From Lingula anatina (taxonomy: Eukaryota; Animalia; Brachiopoda): 64,000 bases of DNA. Numbering within the stretch: the stretch's first letter is position 1; every line of letters starts with the position of its first letter. The translations under genes were made by a program, and so were the position numbers. Below are positions 52,689-64,000 of the stretch, piece after piece. The notes beneath the pieces were generated by a model. That model was not told where the DNA came from. It did no database searches and saw only the letters and a program-made list of their open reading frames with translations. The DNA is taken from positions 33,052,401 through 33,116,400 of the forward strand of contig CM120641.1 in the NCBI GenBank assembly GCA_051362555.1, given 5' to 3'.

Positions 52689-55600
52689 ATTAAACCAACC
52701 TAACAACCCAAAAAACTAAAATTCACTAACCTTAGCTTGGCTCCAAGAGTGAAGTCCATGTCCTGGTGGGGTTGCGCATCAACTTCTTTGTCCTGTAAAA
52801 AGAAACGAAAAACTACATTAGATTTTTTTAATTTACCAATCTCAGCACCCCAAAAAAAATAAAATTTACTAACCTTAGCTTGGATCCAAGGGTGAAGTCC
52901 ATGCCGGGTGGGGTCGCCCATCATCTTCTTTGTCTTGTAAAAGAAACGAAAAACTAGATTAGATTTTTTCAATTTACCCATCTCAGCACCCCAAAAAAAT
53001 AAAATTTACTAACCTTAGCTTGGATCCAAGAGGGAAGTCCATGTCCAGGTGGGGTTGCTCATCATCTTCTTTGTCCTGTAAAAAGAAATGAAAAAAATAG
53101 ATTAGATTTTTTCAGTTTACTCATCCCAATACTACAAAAAAAAATAAAGTTTACTAACCTTAGCTTGGCTCCAAGGGTGAAGTCCATGTCCCGGTGGGGT
53201 TGCGCATCATCTTCTTTGTCCTGTAAAAATAAATGAAAAAAATAGATTAGATTTTTTCAATTTACCCATCTCAGCACCCCAAAAAAATAAAATTCACTAA
53301 CCTTAGCTTGGATCCAAGAGTGAAGTCCATGCCGGGTTGGGTCGCTCATCATCTTCTTTGTCCTGTAAAAAGAAATGAAAAAAATAGATTAGATTTTTTC
53401 AATTTACCCATCTCAGCACATCAGAAATTTAAAATTTACTAACCTTAGCTTGGATCAAGAGTGAAGTCTATGTCCGGGTGGGGTCGCTCATCATCTTCTT
53501 TGTCCTGTAAAAAGAAATGAAAAACAAGATTAGATTTTTTCAATTTACTCATCCCAATACTACAAAAAAATAAAATTTACTAACCTTAGCTTGGATCCAA
53601 GAGTGAAGTCCATATCCGGGTGGGGTTGCTCATCATCTTCTTTTTCCTGTAAAAAGAAATGAAAAACAAGATAAGATTTTTTCAATTTACTTATCCCAAT
53701 ACTACAAAAAAATAAAATTTACTAACCTTGGCTTGGATCCAAGAGTGAAGTCCATGTGCGGGTGGGGTCGCTCATCATCTTCTTTGTCCTGTAAAAATAA
53801 ATGAAAAAAATAGATTAGATTTTTTCAATTTACCCATCTCAGCACATCAGAAAAATAAAATTTACTAACTTTAGCTTGGATCCAAGAGGGAAGTCCATGT
53901 CCGGGTGGGGTCGCTCATCATCTCATTTCTCCTGTAAAAAGAAACGAAAAACAAGATTAGATTTCTTCAATTAAACCAACCTAACAACCCAAAAAAATAA
54001 AATTTACTAACCTTAGCTTGGCTCCAAGAGTGAAGTCCATGTCCTGGTGGGGTTGCGCATCAACCTCTTTGTCCTGTAAAAAAAAACGAAAAACTAGATT
54101 AGATTTTTTAAATTTACCCATCTCAGCACATTAGAAAAATAAAATTAACTAACCTTAGCTTGGATCCAAGAGGGAAGTCCATGTACGGGTGGGGTTGCTC
54201 ATCATCTTCTTTGTCCTGTAAAAAGAAATGAAAAACTAGATTAGATTTTTCAATTTAACCATCTCAGCACATCAGAAAAATAAAATTTACTAACCTTAGC
54301 TTGGCCTAAGAGTGAAGTCCATGTCCCGGTGGGGTTGTGCATCATCTTCTTCGTACTGTAAAAAGAAATGAAAAACTAGATAAGATTTTTTCAATTTACC
54401 CATCTCAGCAACCCAAAAATATAAAATTTCCTAACCTTAGCTTGGATCCAAGAGTGAAGTCCATGCCGGGTGGGGTTGCGCATCATCTTCTTTGTCCTGT
54501 AAAAAGAAATGAAAAACAAGATTAGATTTTTTTAATTTACCCATCTCAGCACCTCAAAAAAATAAAATTTACTAACCTTAGCTTGGATCCAAGAGGGATG
54601 TCCATGTTCGGGTGGGGTCACTCATCATCTTCTTTGTCCTGTAAAAATAAACGAAAAAAAGATTAGATTTTTTCAATTTACCCATCTCAGCACATCAGAA
54701 AAATAAAATTTACTAACCTTAGCTTGGATCCAAGAGGGAAGTCCATGTATGGATGGGGTCGCTCATCATCTTCTTTGTCCTGTAAAAAGAAATGAAAAAC
54801 AAGATTAGATTTGTTCAATTAAACCATCTCAACATCCCAAAAAACTAAATTCACTAACCTTAGCTTGGATCCAAGAGTGAAGTCCATGTCCGGGTGGGGT
54901 CGCTCATCTTCTTTGTCCTGTAAAAAGAAATGAAAAACAAGATTAGATTTTTTCAATTAACTCATCCCAATACTACAAAAAAATAAAATTTACTAACCTT
55001 AACTTGGATCCAAGAGTGAAATCCATGTCCGGGTGGGGTTGCTCATCATCTTCTTTGTCCTGTAAAAAGAAATGAAAAACAAGATTAGATTTTTTCAATT
55101 TACTCATCCCAATACTACAAAAAAATAAAATTTACTAACCTTGGCTTGGCTCCAAGAGTGAAGTCCATGTCCCGGTGGGGTTGCGCATCATCTTCTTTGT
55201 CGTGTAAAAAGAAATTAAAAACAAGATTAGATTTTTTTTAATTTACTCATCCCATTACTACCAAAAAATTAAATTTACTAACCTTAGCTTGGATCCAACA
55301 ATGAAGTCCATGCCGGGTGGGGTCGCTCATCATCTTCTTTGTCCTGTAAAGGAAACGAAAAACTAGATTAGATTTTTTCAATTTACCCATCTCAGCACCC
55401 CAAAAAAATAGAATTTACTAACCTTGGCTTGGCTATAAGAGTGAAGTCCATGTCCCGTTGGGGTTGTGCATCATCTTCTTTGTCCTGTAAAAAGAAACGA
55501 AAAACTAGATAAGATTTTTTCAATTTACCCATCTCAGCACCCCAAAAAAATAAAATTTACTAACCTTAACTTGGATCCAAGAGTGAAGTCCATGTGCCGG

Positions 55601-58600
55601 GTGGGGTTGCGCATCATCTTCTTTGTCCTGTAAAAAGAAATGAAAAACAAGATTAGATTTTTTTTTAATTTACTCATCCCATTACTACAAAAAAATAAAA
55701 TTTACTAACCTTAGCTTGGATCCAACAATGAAGTCCATGCCGGGTGGGGTTGCTCATCATCTTCTTTGTCCTGTAAAGGAAACGAAAAACTAGATTAGAT
55801 TTTTTCAATTTACCCATCTCAGCACCCCAAAAAAATAAAATTCACTAACCTTAGCTTGGATCCAAGAGTGAAGTCCATGCTGGGTGGGGTCGCTCATCAT
55901 CTTCTTTGTCCTGTAAAAATAAATGAAAAAAATAGATTAGATTTTTTCAATTTACCCATCTCAGCACATCAGAAAAATAAAATTTACTAACCTTAGCTTG
56001 GATACAAGGGTGAAGTCCATGTACGGGTGGGGTCGCTCATCATCTTCTTGATCCTGTAAAAAGAAACGAAAAACAAGATTAGATCTGTTCAATTTAACCA
56101 TCCCAACATCCCAAAAAACTAAAATTCACTAACCTTAGCTTGGATCCAAGAGTGAAGTCCATGTCCAGGTGGGGTTGCTCATCATCTTCTTTGTCCTGTA
56201 AAAAGAAATGAAAAACAAGATTAGATTTTTTCAATTTACTCATCCCAATACTACAAAAAAATAAAATTTACTAACCTTAGCTTGGATCCAAGAGTGAAGT
56301 CCATATCCGGGTGGGGTTGCTCATCATCTCCTTTCTCCTGTAAAAAGAAATGAAAAACAAGATTAGATTTCTTCAATTAAACCAACCTAACAACCCAAAA
56401 AACTAAAATTCACTAACCTTAGCTTGGCTCCAAGAGTGAAGTCCATGTCCTGGTGGGGTTGCGCATCAACTTCTTTGTCCTGTAAAAAGAAACGAAAAAC
56501 TACATTAGATTTTTTTAATTTACCAATCTCAGCACCCAAAAAAAATAAAATTTACTAACCTTAGCTTGGATCCAAGGGTGAAGTCCATGCCGGGTGGGGT
56601 CGCCCATCATCTTCTTTGTCTTGTAAAAGAAACGAAAAACTAGATAAGATTTTTTCAATTTACCCATCTCAGCACCCCAAAAAAATAAAATTTACTAACC
56701 TTAACTTGGATCCAAGAGTGAAGTCCATGTGCCGGGTGGGGTTGCGCATCATCTTCTTTGTCCTGTAAAAAGAAATGAAAAACAAGATTAGATTTTTTTT
56801 TAATTTACTCATCCCAATACTACAAAAAAATAAAATTTACTAACCTTAGCTTGGATCCAACAATGAAGTCCATGCCCGGTGGGGTCGCTCATCATCTTCT
56901 TTGTCCTGTAAAAATAAATGAAAAAAATAGATTAGATTTTTTCAATTTAACCATCCCAACATCCCAAAAAACTAAAATTCACTAACCTTAACTTGGATCC
57001 AAGAGTGAAGTCCATGTGCCGGGTGGGGTTGCGCATCATCTTCTTTGTCCTGTAAAAAGAAATGAAAAACAAGATTAGATTTTTTTTAATTTACTCATCC
57101 CAATACTACAAAAAAATAAAATTTACTAACCTTAGCTTGGATCCAACAATGAAGTCCATGTACGGGTGGGGTCGCTCATCATCTTCTTTGTCCTGTAAAA
57201 AGAAACGAAAAACAAGATTAGATCTGTTCAATTTAACCATCCCAACATCCCAAAAAACTAAAATTCACTAACCTTAGCTTGGATCCAAGAGTGAAGTCCA
57301 TGTCCAGGTGGGGTCGCTCATCATCTTCTTTGTCCTGTAAAAAGAAATGAAAAACAAGATTAGATTTTTTCAATTTACTCATCCCAATACTACAAAAAAA
57401 TAAAATTTACTAACCTTAGCTTGGATCCAAGAGTGAAGTCCATATCCGGGTGGGGTTCCTCATCATCTTCTTTTTCCTGTAAAAAGAAATGAAAAACAAG
57501 ATTAGATTTTTTCAATTTACTTTTCCCAATACTACAAAAAAATAAAATTTACTTACCTTAGCTTAGATCCAACAATGAAGTCCATGCCAGGTGGGGGTCG
57601 CTCATCATCTTCTTTGTCCTGTAAAAAGAAATGAAAAACAAGATTAGATTTGTTCAATTTAACCATCCCAACATCCCAAAAAACTAAAATTCACTAACCT
57701 TAGCTTGGATCCAAGAGTGAAGTCCATGTCTGGGTAGGGTCGCTCATCATCTTCTTTGTCCTGTAAAAAGAAATAAAAAAACAAGATTAGATTTTTTCAA
57801 TTTACTCATCCCAATAGTACAAAAAAATAAAATTTACTAACCTTAGCTTGGATCCAACAATGAAGTCCATGCCAGGTGGGGGTCGCTCATCATCTTCTTT
57901 GTCCTGTAAAAAGAAATGAAAAACTAGATTAGATTTTTCAATTTACCCATCTCAGCACATCAGAAAAATAAAATTTACTAACCTTAGCTTGGCCTAAGAG
58001 TGAAGTCCATGTCCCGGTGGGGTTGTGCATCATCTTCTTCGTATTGTAAAAAGAAATGAAAAACAAGATTAGATTTTTTTAATTTACCCATCTCAGCACC
58101 TCAAAAAAATAAAATTTACTAACCTTAGCTTGGATCCAAGAGGGATGTCCATGTTCGGGTGGGGTCACTCATCATCTTCTTTGTCCTGTAAAAATAAACG
58201 AAAAAAAAGATTAGATTTTTTCAATTTACCCATCTCAGCACATCAGAAAAATAAAATTTACTAACCTTAGCTTGGATCCAAGAGGGAAGTCCATGTATGG
58301 ATGGGGTCGCTCATCATCTTCTTTGTCCTGTAAAAAGAAATGAAAAACAAGATTAGATTTGTTCAATTAAACCATCTCAACATCCCAAAAAACTAAAATT
58401 CACTAACCTTAGCTTGGATCCAAGAGTGAAGTCCATGTCCGGGTGGGGTCGCTCATCTTCTTTGTCCTGTAAAAAGAAATGAAAAACAAGATTAGATTTT
58501 TTCAATTAACTCATCCCAATACTACAAAAAAATAAAATTTACTAACCTTAACTTGGATCCAAGAGTGAAATCCATGTCCGGGTGGGGTTGCTCATCATCT

Positions 58601-60981
58601 TCTTTGTCCTGTAAAAAGAAATTAAAAACAAGATTAGATTTTTTTTAAATTTACTCATCCCATTACTACCAAAAAATAAAATTTACTAACCTTAGCTTGG
58701 ATCCAACAATGAAGTCCATGCCGGGTGGGGTCGCTCATCATCTTCTTTGTCCTGTAAAGGAAACGAAAAACTAGATTAGATTTTTTCAATTTACCCATCT
58801 CAGCACCCCAAAAAAATAGAATTTACTAACCTTGGCTTGGCTATAAGAGTGAAGTCCATGTCCCGTTGGGGTTGTGCATCATCTTCTTTGTCCTGTAAAA
58901 AGAAACGAAAAACTAGATAAGATTTTTTCAATTTACCCATCTCAGCACCCCAAAAAAATAAAATTTACTAACCTTAACTTGGATCCAAGAGTGAAGTCCA
59001 TGTGCCGGGTGGGGTTGCGCATCATCTTCTTTGTCCTGTAAAAAGAAATGAAAAACAAGATTAGATTTTTTTTAAATTTACTCATCCCATTACTACAAAA
59101 AAATAAAATTTACTAACCTTAGCTTGGATACAAGGGTGAAGTCCATGTACGGGTGGGGTCGCTCATCATCTTCTTGATCCTGTAAAAAGAAACGAAAAAC
59201 AAGATTAGATCTGTTCAATTAAACCAACCTAACAACCCAAAAAACTAAAATTCACTAACCTTAGCTTGGCTCCAAGAGTGAAGTCCATGTCCTGGTGGGG
59301 TTGCGCATCAACTTCTTTGTCCTGTAAAAAGAAACGAAAAACTACATTAGATTTTTTTAATTTACCAATCTCAGCACCCCAAAAAAAATAAAATTTACTA
59401 ACCTTAGCTTGGATCCAAGGGTGAAGTCCATGCCGGGTGGGGTCGCCCATCATCTTCTTTGTCTTGTAAAAGAAACGAAAAACTAGATTAGATTTTTTCA
59501 ATTTACCCATCTCAGCACCCCAAAAAAATAAAATTTACTAACCTTAGCTTGGATCCAAGAGGGAAGTCCATGTCCAGGTGGGGTTTCTCATCATCTTCTT
59601 TGTCCTGTAAAAAGAAATGAAAAAAATAGATTAGATTTTTTCAGTTTACTCATCCCAATACTACAAAAAAAATAAAGTTTACTAACCTTAGCTTGGCTCC
59701 AAGGGTGAAGTCCATGTCCCGGTGGGGTTGCGCATCATCTTCTTTGTCCTGTAAAAATAAATGAAAAAAATAGATTAGATTTTTTCAATTTACCCATCTC
59801 AGCACCCCAAAAAAATAAAATTCACTAACCTTAGCTTGGATCCAAGAGTGAAGTCCATGCCGGGTTGGGTCGCTCATCATCTTCTTTGTCCTGTAAAAAG
59901 AAATGAAAAAAATAGATTAGATTTTTTCAATTTACCCATCTCAGCACATCAGAAAAATAAAATTTACTAACCTTAGCTTGGATCAAGAGTGAAGTCTATG
60001 TCCGGGTGGGGTCGCTCATCATCTTCTTTGTCCTGTAAAAAGAAATGAAAAACAAGATTAGATTTTTTCAATTTACTCATCCCAATACTACAAAAAAATA
60101 AAATTTACTAACCTTAGCTTGGATCCAAGAGTGAAGTCCATATCCGGGTGGGGTTGCTCATCATCTTCTTTTTCCTGTAAAAAGAAATGAAAAACAAGAT
60201 AAGATTTTTTCAATTTACTTATCCCAATACTACAAAAAAATAAAATTTACTAACCTTAGCTTGGATCCAAGAGTGAAGTCCATGTGCGGGTGGGGTCGCT
60301 CATCATCTTCTTTGTCCTGTAAAAATAAATGAAAAAAATAGATTAGATTTTTTCAATTTACCCATCTCAGCACATCAGAAAAATAAAATTTACTAACTTT
60401 AGCTTGGATCCAAGAGGGAAGTCCATGTCCGGGTGGGGTCGCTCATCATCTCATTTCTCCTGTAAAAAGAAACGAAAAACAAGATTAGATTTCTTCAATT
60501 AAACCAACCTAACAACCCCAAAAAATAAAATTTACTAACCTTAGCTTGGCTCCAAGAGTGAAGTCCATGTCCTGGTGGGGTTGCGCATCAACCTCTTTGT
60601 CCTGTAAAAAAAAACGAAAAACTAGATTAGATTTTTTAAATTTACCCATCTCAGCACATTAGAAAAATAAAATTAACTAACCTTAGCTTGGATCCAAGAG
60701 GGAAGTCCATGTACGGGTGGGGTTGCTCATCATCTTCTTTGTCCTGTAAAAAGAAATGAAAAACTAGATTATATTTTTTCTGTGTCTGTACATAAAAACA
60801 ATACAAACAAGGCAGCAAAGCTGTCAAATGTACAGACAAAAACCAGAAAATAAAAACGCAGGAAATAGGATACTGTCAATTTTGATGCACTAATGTATTA
60901 CTGTAACTGCATAGCCAACATCAAATTCTAATTCTGCATAACAGTGGATTAGGATGAAAGTAAAATGTGTAACAAGCATTA

Positions 60982-61200
60982 GACTGAGTTCCCATACCTA
61001 GATCAATCTAACAGGATCAATCCAACTCCAAGGGGTTTCTCACTAAATTGCTTTCAGCTTAAGTGGCTTAGGATTCTGGCATGCCAGTTTCAGTAGGCGT
61101 GACAAACAGGTAAGCCACTTACATTGATTGCAATTTAGCAAGAATTCTCTTGGAGATAGATCGATCCACAGTTAGTGTGATAGGGTCTGGAAATAGTCCC
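60982..61200 (-). mobile_element. Palindromic MITE-like element, copy 2 (same family as 8120-8380)
   Basis: cttggagatagatcgatccacagttagtgtgatagggtctggaaatagtccc is a diverged reverse complement of the start of the 8120 copy. Confidence 0.65.
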
Positions 61201-61251
61201 TAAGACTTCAGGCTGATAAGAGTTTGGAAATGCCAGAACGAGATAAAGTGA

Positions 61252-61256
61252 AAAAA

Positions 61257-61340
<84 letters not shown>
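61252..61340. repeat. Poly(A) plus (TA)n microsatellite
   Basis: A run followed by a perfect TA run. Confidence 0.98.
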
Positions 61341-61344
<4 letters not shown>

Positions 61345-63406
61345 AATAGAGTTGTTTTTCTTATTTGGACTGTATGTCAATCCTAAGAATCATTCTTGTA
61401 AATTAAAAAAAAATACAGAAAATGTTACAAAGTAACAGTACAGGGCTCCTGGTGGATGGGAGTGATAAGTCACATCTTGAAAACATCAGTTTGAAAAATT
61501 AAAAATTAAAGAAAAAATTACAAAAATATTCCACTAAAGCTGCCATTCAGTCTAGCTGCATAACCATGACATGTATCATCCAACTTAAGTTTAAACAGTG
61601 TAAACAACTCACAGAAATATAATATATTTTGTTTTACTACAAAAAGGGCAGTCATAGCTATTATTCTGATATCTGAACTTGTCATCAGACCATGTGACCT
61701 CCATAGATGGCTATACTTTGTAATAATTTCTTAAGAGATTATCATACACAAAAAAAACAACACTTTTTAGAAAAAAAATTAATTATTTGCCTAAAAGAAC
61801 AGTTAAGTTGCAAATATTGCACAACAGGTAGTATCAATAAAAGTAAACTGTTACATGCCCTTTGGAGTTATAAGTCTCACAATGAAAATGCCAGTATGTG
61901 AAAGATAAAAATTTCACAAAATGTACAACAGAATAACATGGTCAATAAGATTACAGTTTCAGGACCATATGTGAGAGTTCAAATTCACATAATGAAAATT
62001 CCAATATGTGAAAAAAGATGACAGTGCATAAAATAATATAATTACACAATGTTTAAAGACATAAAAACCAACACAACTCCTTATGTGGAAAAACAGAAAA
62101 TGCACAGTGCTTCTGGTGGATAGGAGTTGAAAGTGATATCTTGAAGATGCTAGTGTTTGAAAAATAATTAAAAGAAAATGTAAAATAAAACATAAAAAAA
62201 ATTCCAATAAAGCTGCTATTCAAACTTTTAATCTAGCTGTGTAATTGCTAACATGACTAACATTTACCTGCATAATAATCATCGATTCCTAATTATGTGA
62301 CACAGTTAAGAGAGAAAAACCCAGGGGACTTTACAATGAGATCTCAACGTGTGTTTTATGTCATCTCATTTAATGGCCACTTGAAAATTAATTAAGCAAA
62401 TTACTTTATGACCCTGAATTAATATACTGCCCACTATCCATATACATTTATTGCACCATAGTGCACTCTATAGAACTGCATTGCTTCCAAAACAGAAAAC
62501 AATCACACTGGTTTTCCAACACAAGCTGCACTTCATTCTTATGAAACTTTTCAGTAAATTTGAGTATCATAAGTAACATGGTTTTCCCTTAATCGCTATC
62601 CTGGCAGCAGTGTCCAAAATAGGGGTTTCTTCAACTTTCATGCAATATAACATAATACTTAACAGCATAATGACCATCAATTTTTTATAAAAAAAAAAAT
62701 AATAATAAGAGTTTCATGAATATTCAGAAAATGTGATATGGAAGGGTCTTCAAGACCATGGAAGTTCAGAGTCACACATTCAAAATGCCAAAATGTAAAC
62801 AAGAGATAACTGTACTGAAATGATTTTCTTTCCATTTTCAACACCTTTTTACATAAAACAAAATAATCAATTTACTGTCATTTATAAATGATCAACTAGG
62901 AAAATTGTTGACATAGGAAAAATATCAAAAGAACAATTTTAAATGTCCAATTTGCTCCATTCGCATATTCTGAACAGTGAATGATTGAATCTGACAAACT
63001 GCAATGATGAGTTCCTTTCCATTTTTGATAATTTATTACACAATGCACGATAACAGGTTTACAGTCATTTTTATATAATCAACTAACAATATTGTTAAGA
63101 AGCAGAAAACGTTAAAACAACACTTTTACATATCTAATTAGTCCCATAATGAGACTGTTAACATGCCTAAAAATTAAATCTGAAGAAAAAAACACTTATA
63201 TACAAAAAGGCTAATAACTTCATCAAAACTTAACTGATCAAGCTTATTTTCGAACTTGATCTGTATACTAGTCAGACTAATCACTGCTGTGAGTTGCAAG
63301 ACAAAGGGCTGATTGGTTTTCCTTAAAATGTGTTATCAGTGTTGCATATATGCTGAATAAGGGAAAAAGACAGCGAAACTGTTGTGGTAATAGACCCCTG
63401 TGAAGT

Positions 63407-64000
63407 TGATTCCTGGTTCCTTATTCCTTATTCGGTTACTTATTCAAATGTGAAGTTGGTTACTTATTCCCGGTTCCTTATTCGGTTACTTATTCAACTT
63501 TTTTATGTTTTTTTATGATTTTGATGCTAAAATACCTGTTTCATCATACTAGCACCCCCTCTTCATCTAGATGACACCCTAAAATTGTTAAATATACCAC
63601 TAAAAACACAAAATATAACCCATTCCTTATTCAAAAGTCCTGTTACTTATTCGGTTACTTATTCCTTATTCGGTTACTTATTCAACTTTTTTATGTTGTT
63701 TTATGATTTTGATGCTAGAATACCTGTTTCATCATACTAGCACCCCCTCTTCATCTAGATGACACCCTAAAATTGTTAAATATACCACTAAAAACACAAA
63801 ATATAACCCATTCCTTATTCAAAAGTCCTGTTACTTATTCGGTTACTTATTCCTTATTCGGTTACTTATTCAACTTTTTTATGTTTTTTTATGATTTTGA
63901 TGCTAGAATACCTGTTTCATCATACTAGCACCCCCTCTTCATCTAGATGACGCCCTAAAATTGTTAAATATACCAATAAAAACACAAAATATAACCCATT
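63407..64000. repeat. 188-bp tandem repeat with TTATTC sub-repeats, truncated by the window end
   Basis: catcatactagc recurs at 63542, 63730 and 63918; units near-identical. Confidence 0.93.

Larger units (their letters stand above)
15595..60780. repeat. Satellite array, ~142-bp monomer, roughly 235 copies, with three TE insertions
   Basis: Repeating unit actaaccttagcttggatccaagagtgaagtccatgtccgggtggggtcgctcatcatcttctttgtcctgtaaaaagaaatgaaaaacaagattagatt...; BamHI sites at e.g. 18363 and 18505 give period 142; copy number estimated from length minus inserts. Confidence 0.97.

Noticed and set aside
15595-60780. CRISPR-like repeat-spacer array
   Set aside because: The variable parts are homologous to each other rather than unique spacers, the context is eukaryotic and there are no cas genes.
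15595-60780. Dscam-like protein-coding array of alternative exons
   Set aside because: Many monomers have 61- or 63-nt frameshifted exons, the phase-1 exit needed for gene A almost always ends in TAA, and no flanking constitutive exons were found.
16140-60780. Tandem box C/D snoRNA array (ATGATGA in each unit)
   Set aside because: A CTGA D box occurs only in some subtypes, there is no terminal stem, and the C-like motif lies in the exon-like part.

Overview
AT-rich animal genomic DNA, probably from an invertebrate (taxon not determinable). Left 12 kb: two tandem minus-strand cadherin genes. Gene A has 10 phase-consistent coding exons (12029-5181) encoding about 3 cadherin repeats, a Ser/Thr-rich mucin stalk, a TM helix and a short tail (CDHR5/mucin-protocadherin-like architecture); its signal-peptide exon was not found. 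Gene B (2145-356) has a signal peptide and first cadherin repeat and runs off the left edge. 12.9-15.6 kb: perfect inverted repeats/hairpins and a broken SAP-domain plus DHDY-motif gene remnant. About 15.6-60.8 kb: a ~142-bp satellite array (roughly 235 monomers) interrupted by a hAT MITE, a young full-length BEL/Pao LTR retrotransposon (23860-31648) and a P-element-like non-autonomous transposon (48848-52688). The most striking observation is that on the minus strand each monomer reads as a complete ~62-nt exon plus ~80-nt GT-AG intron with branch point and pyrimidine tract. The window ends in a 188-bp tandem repeat.
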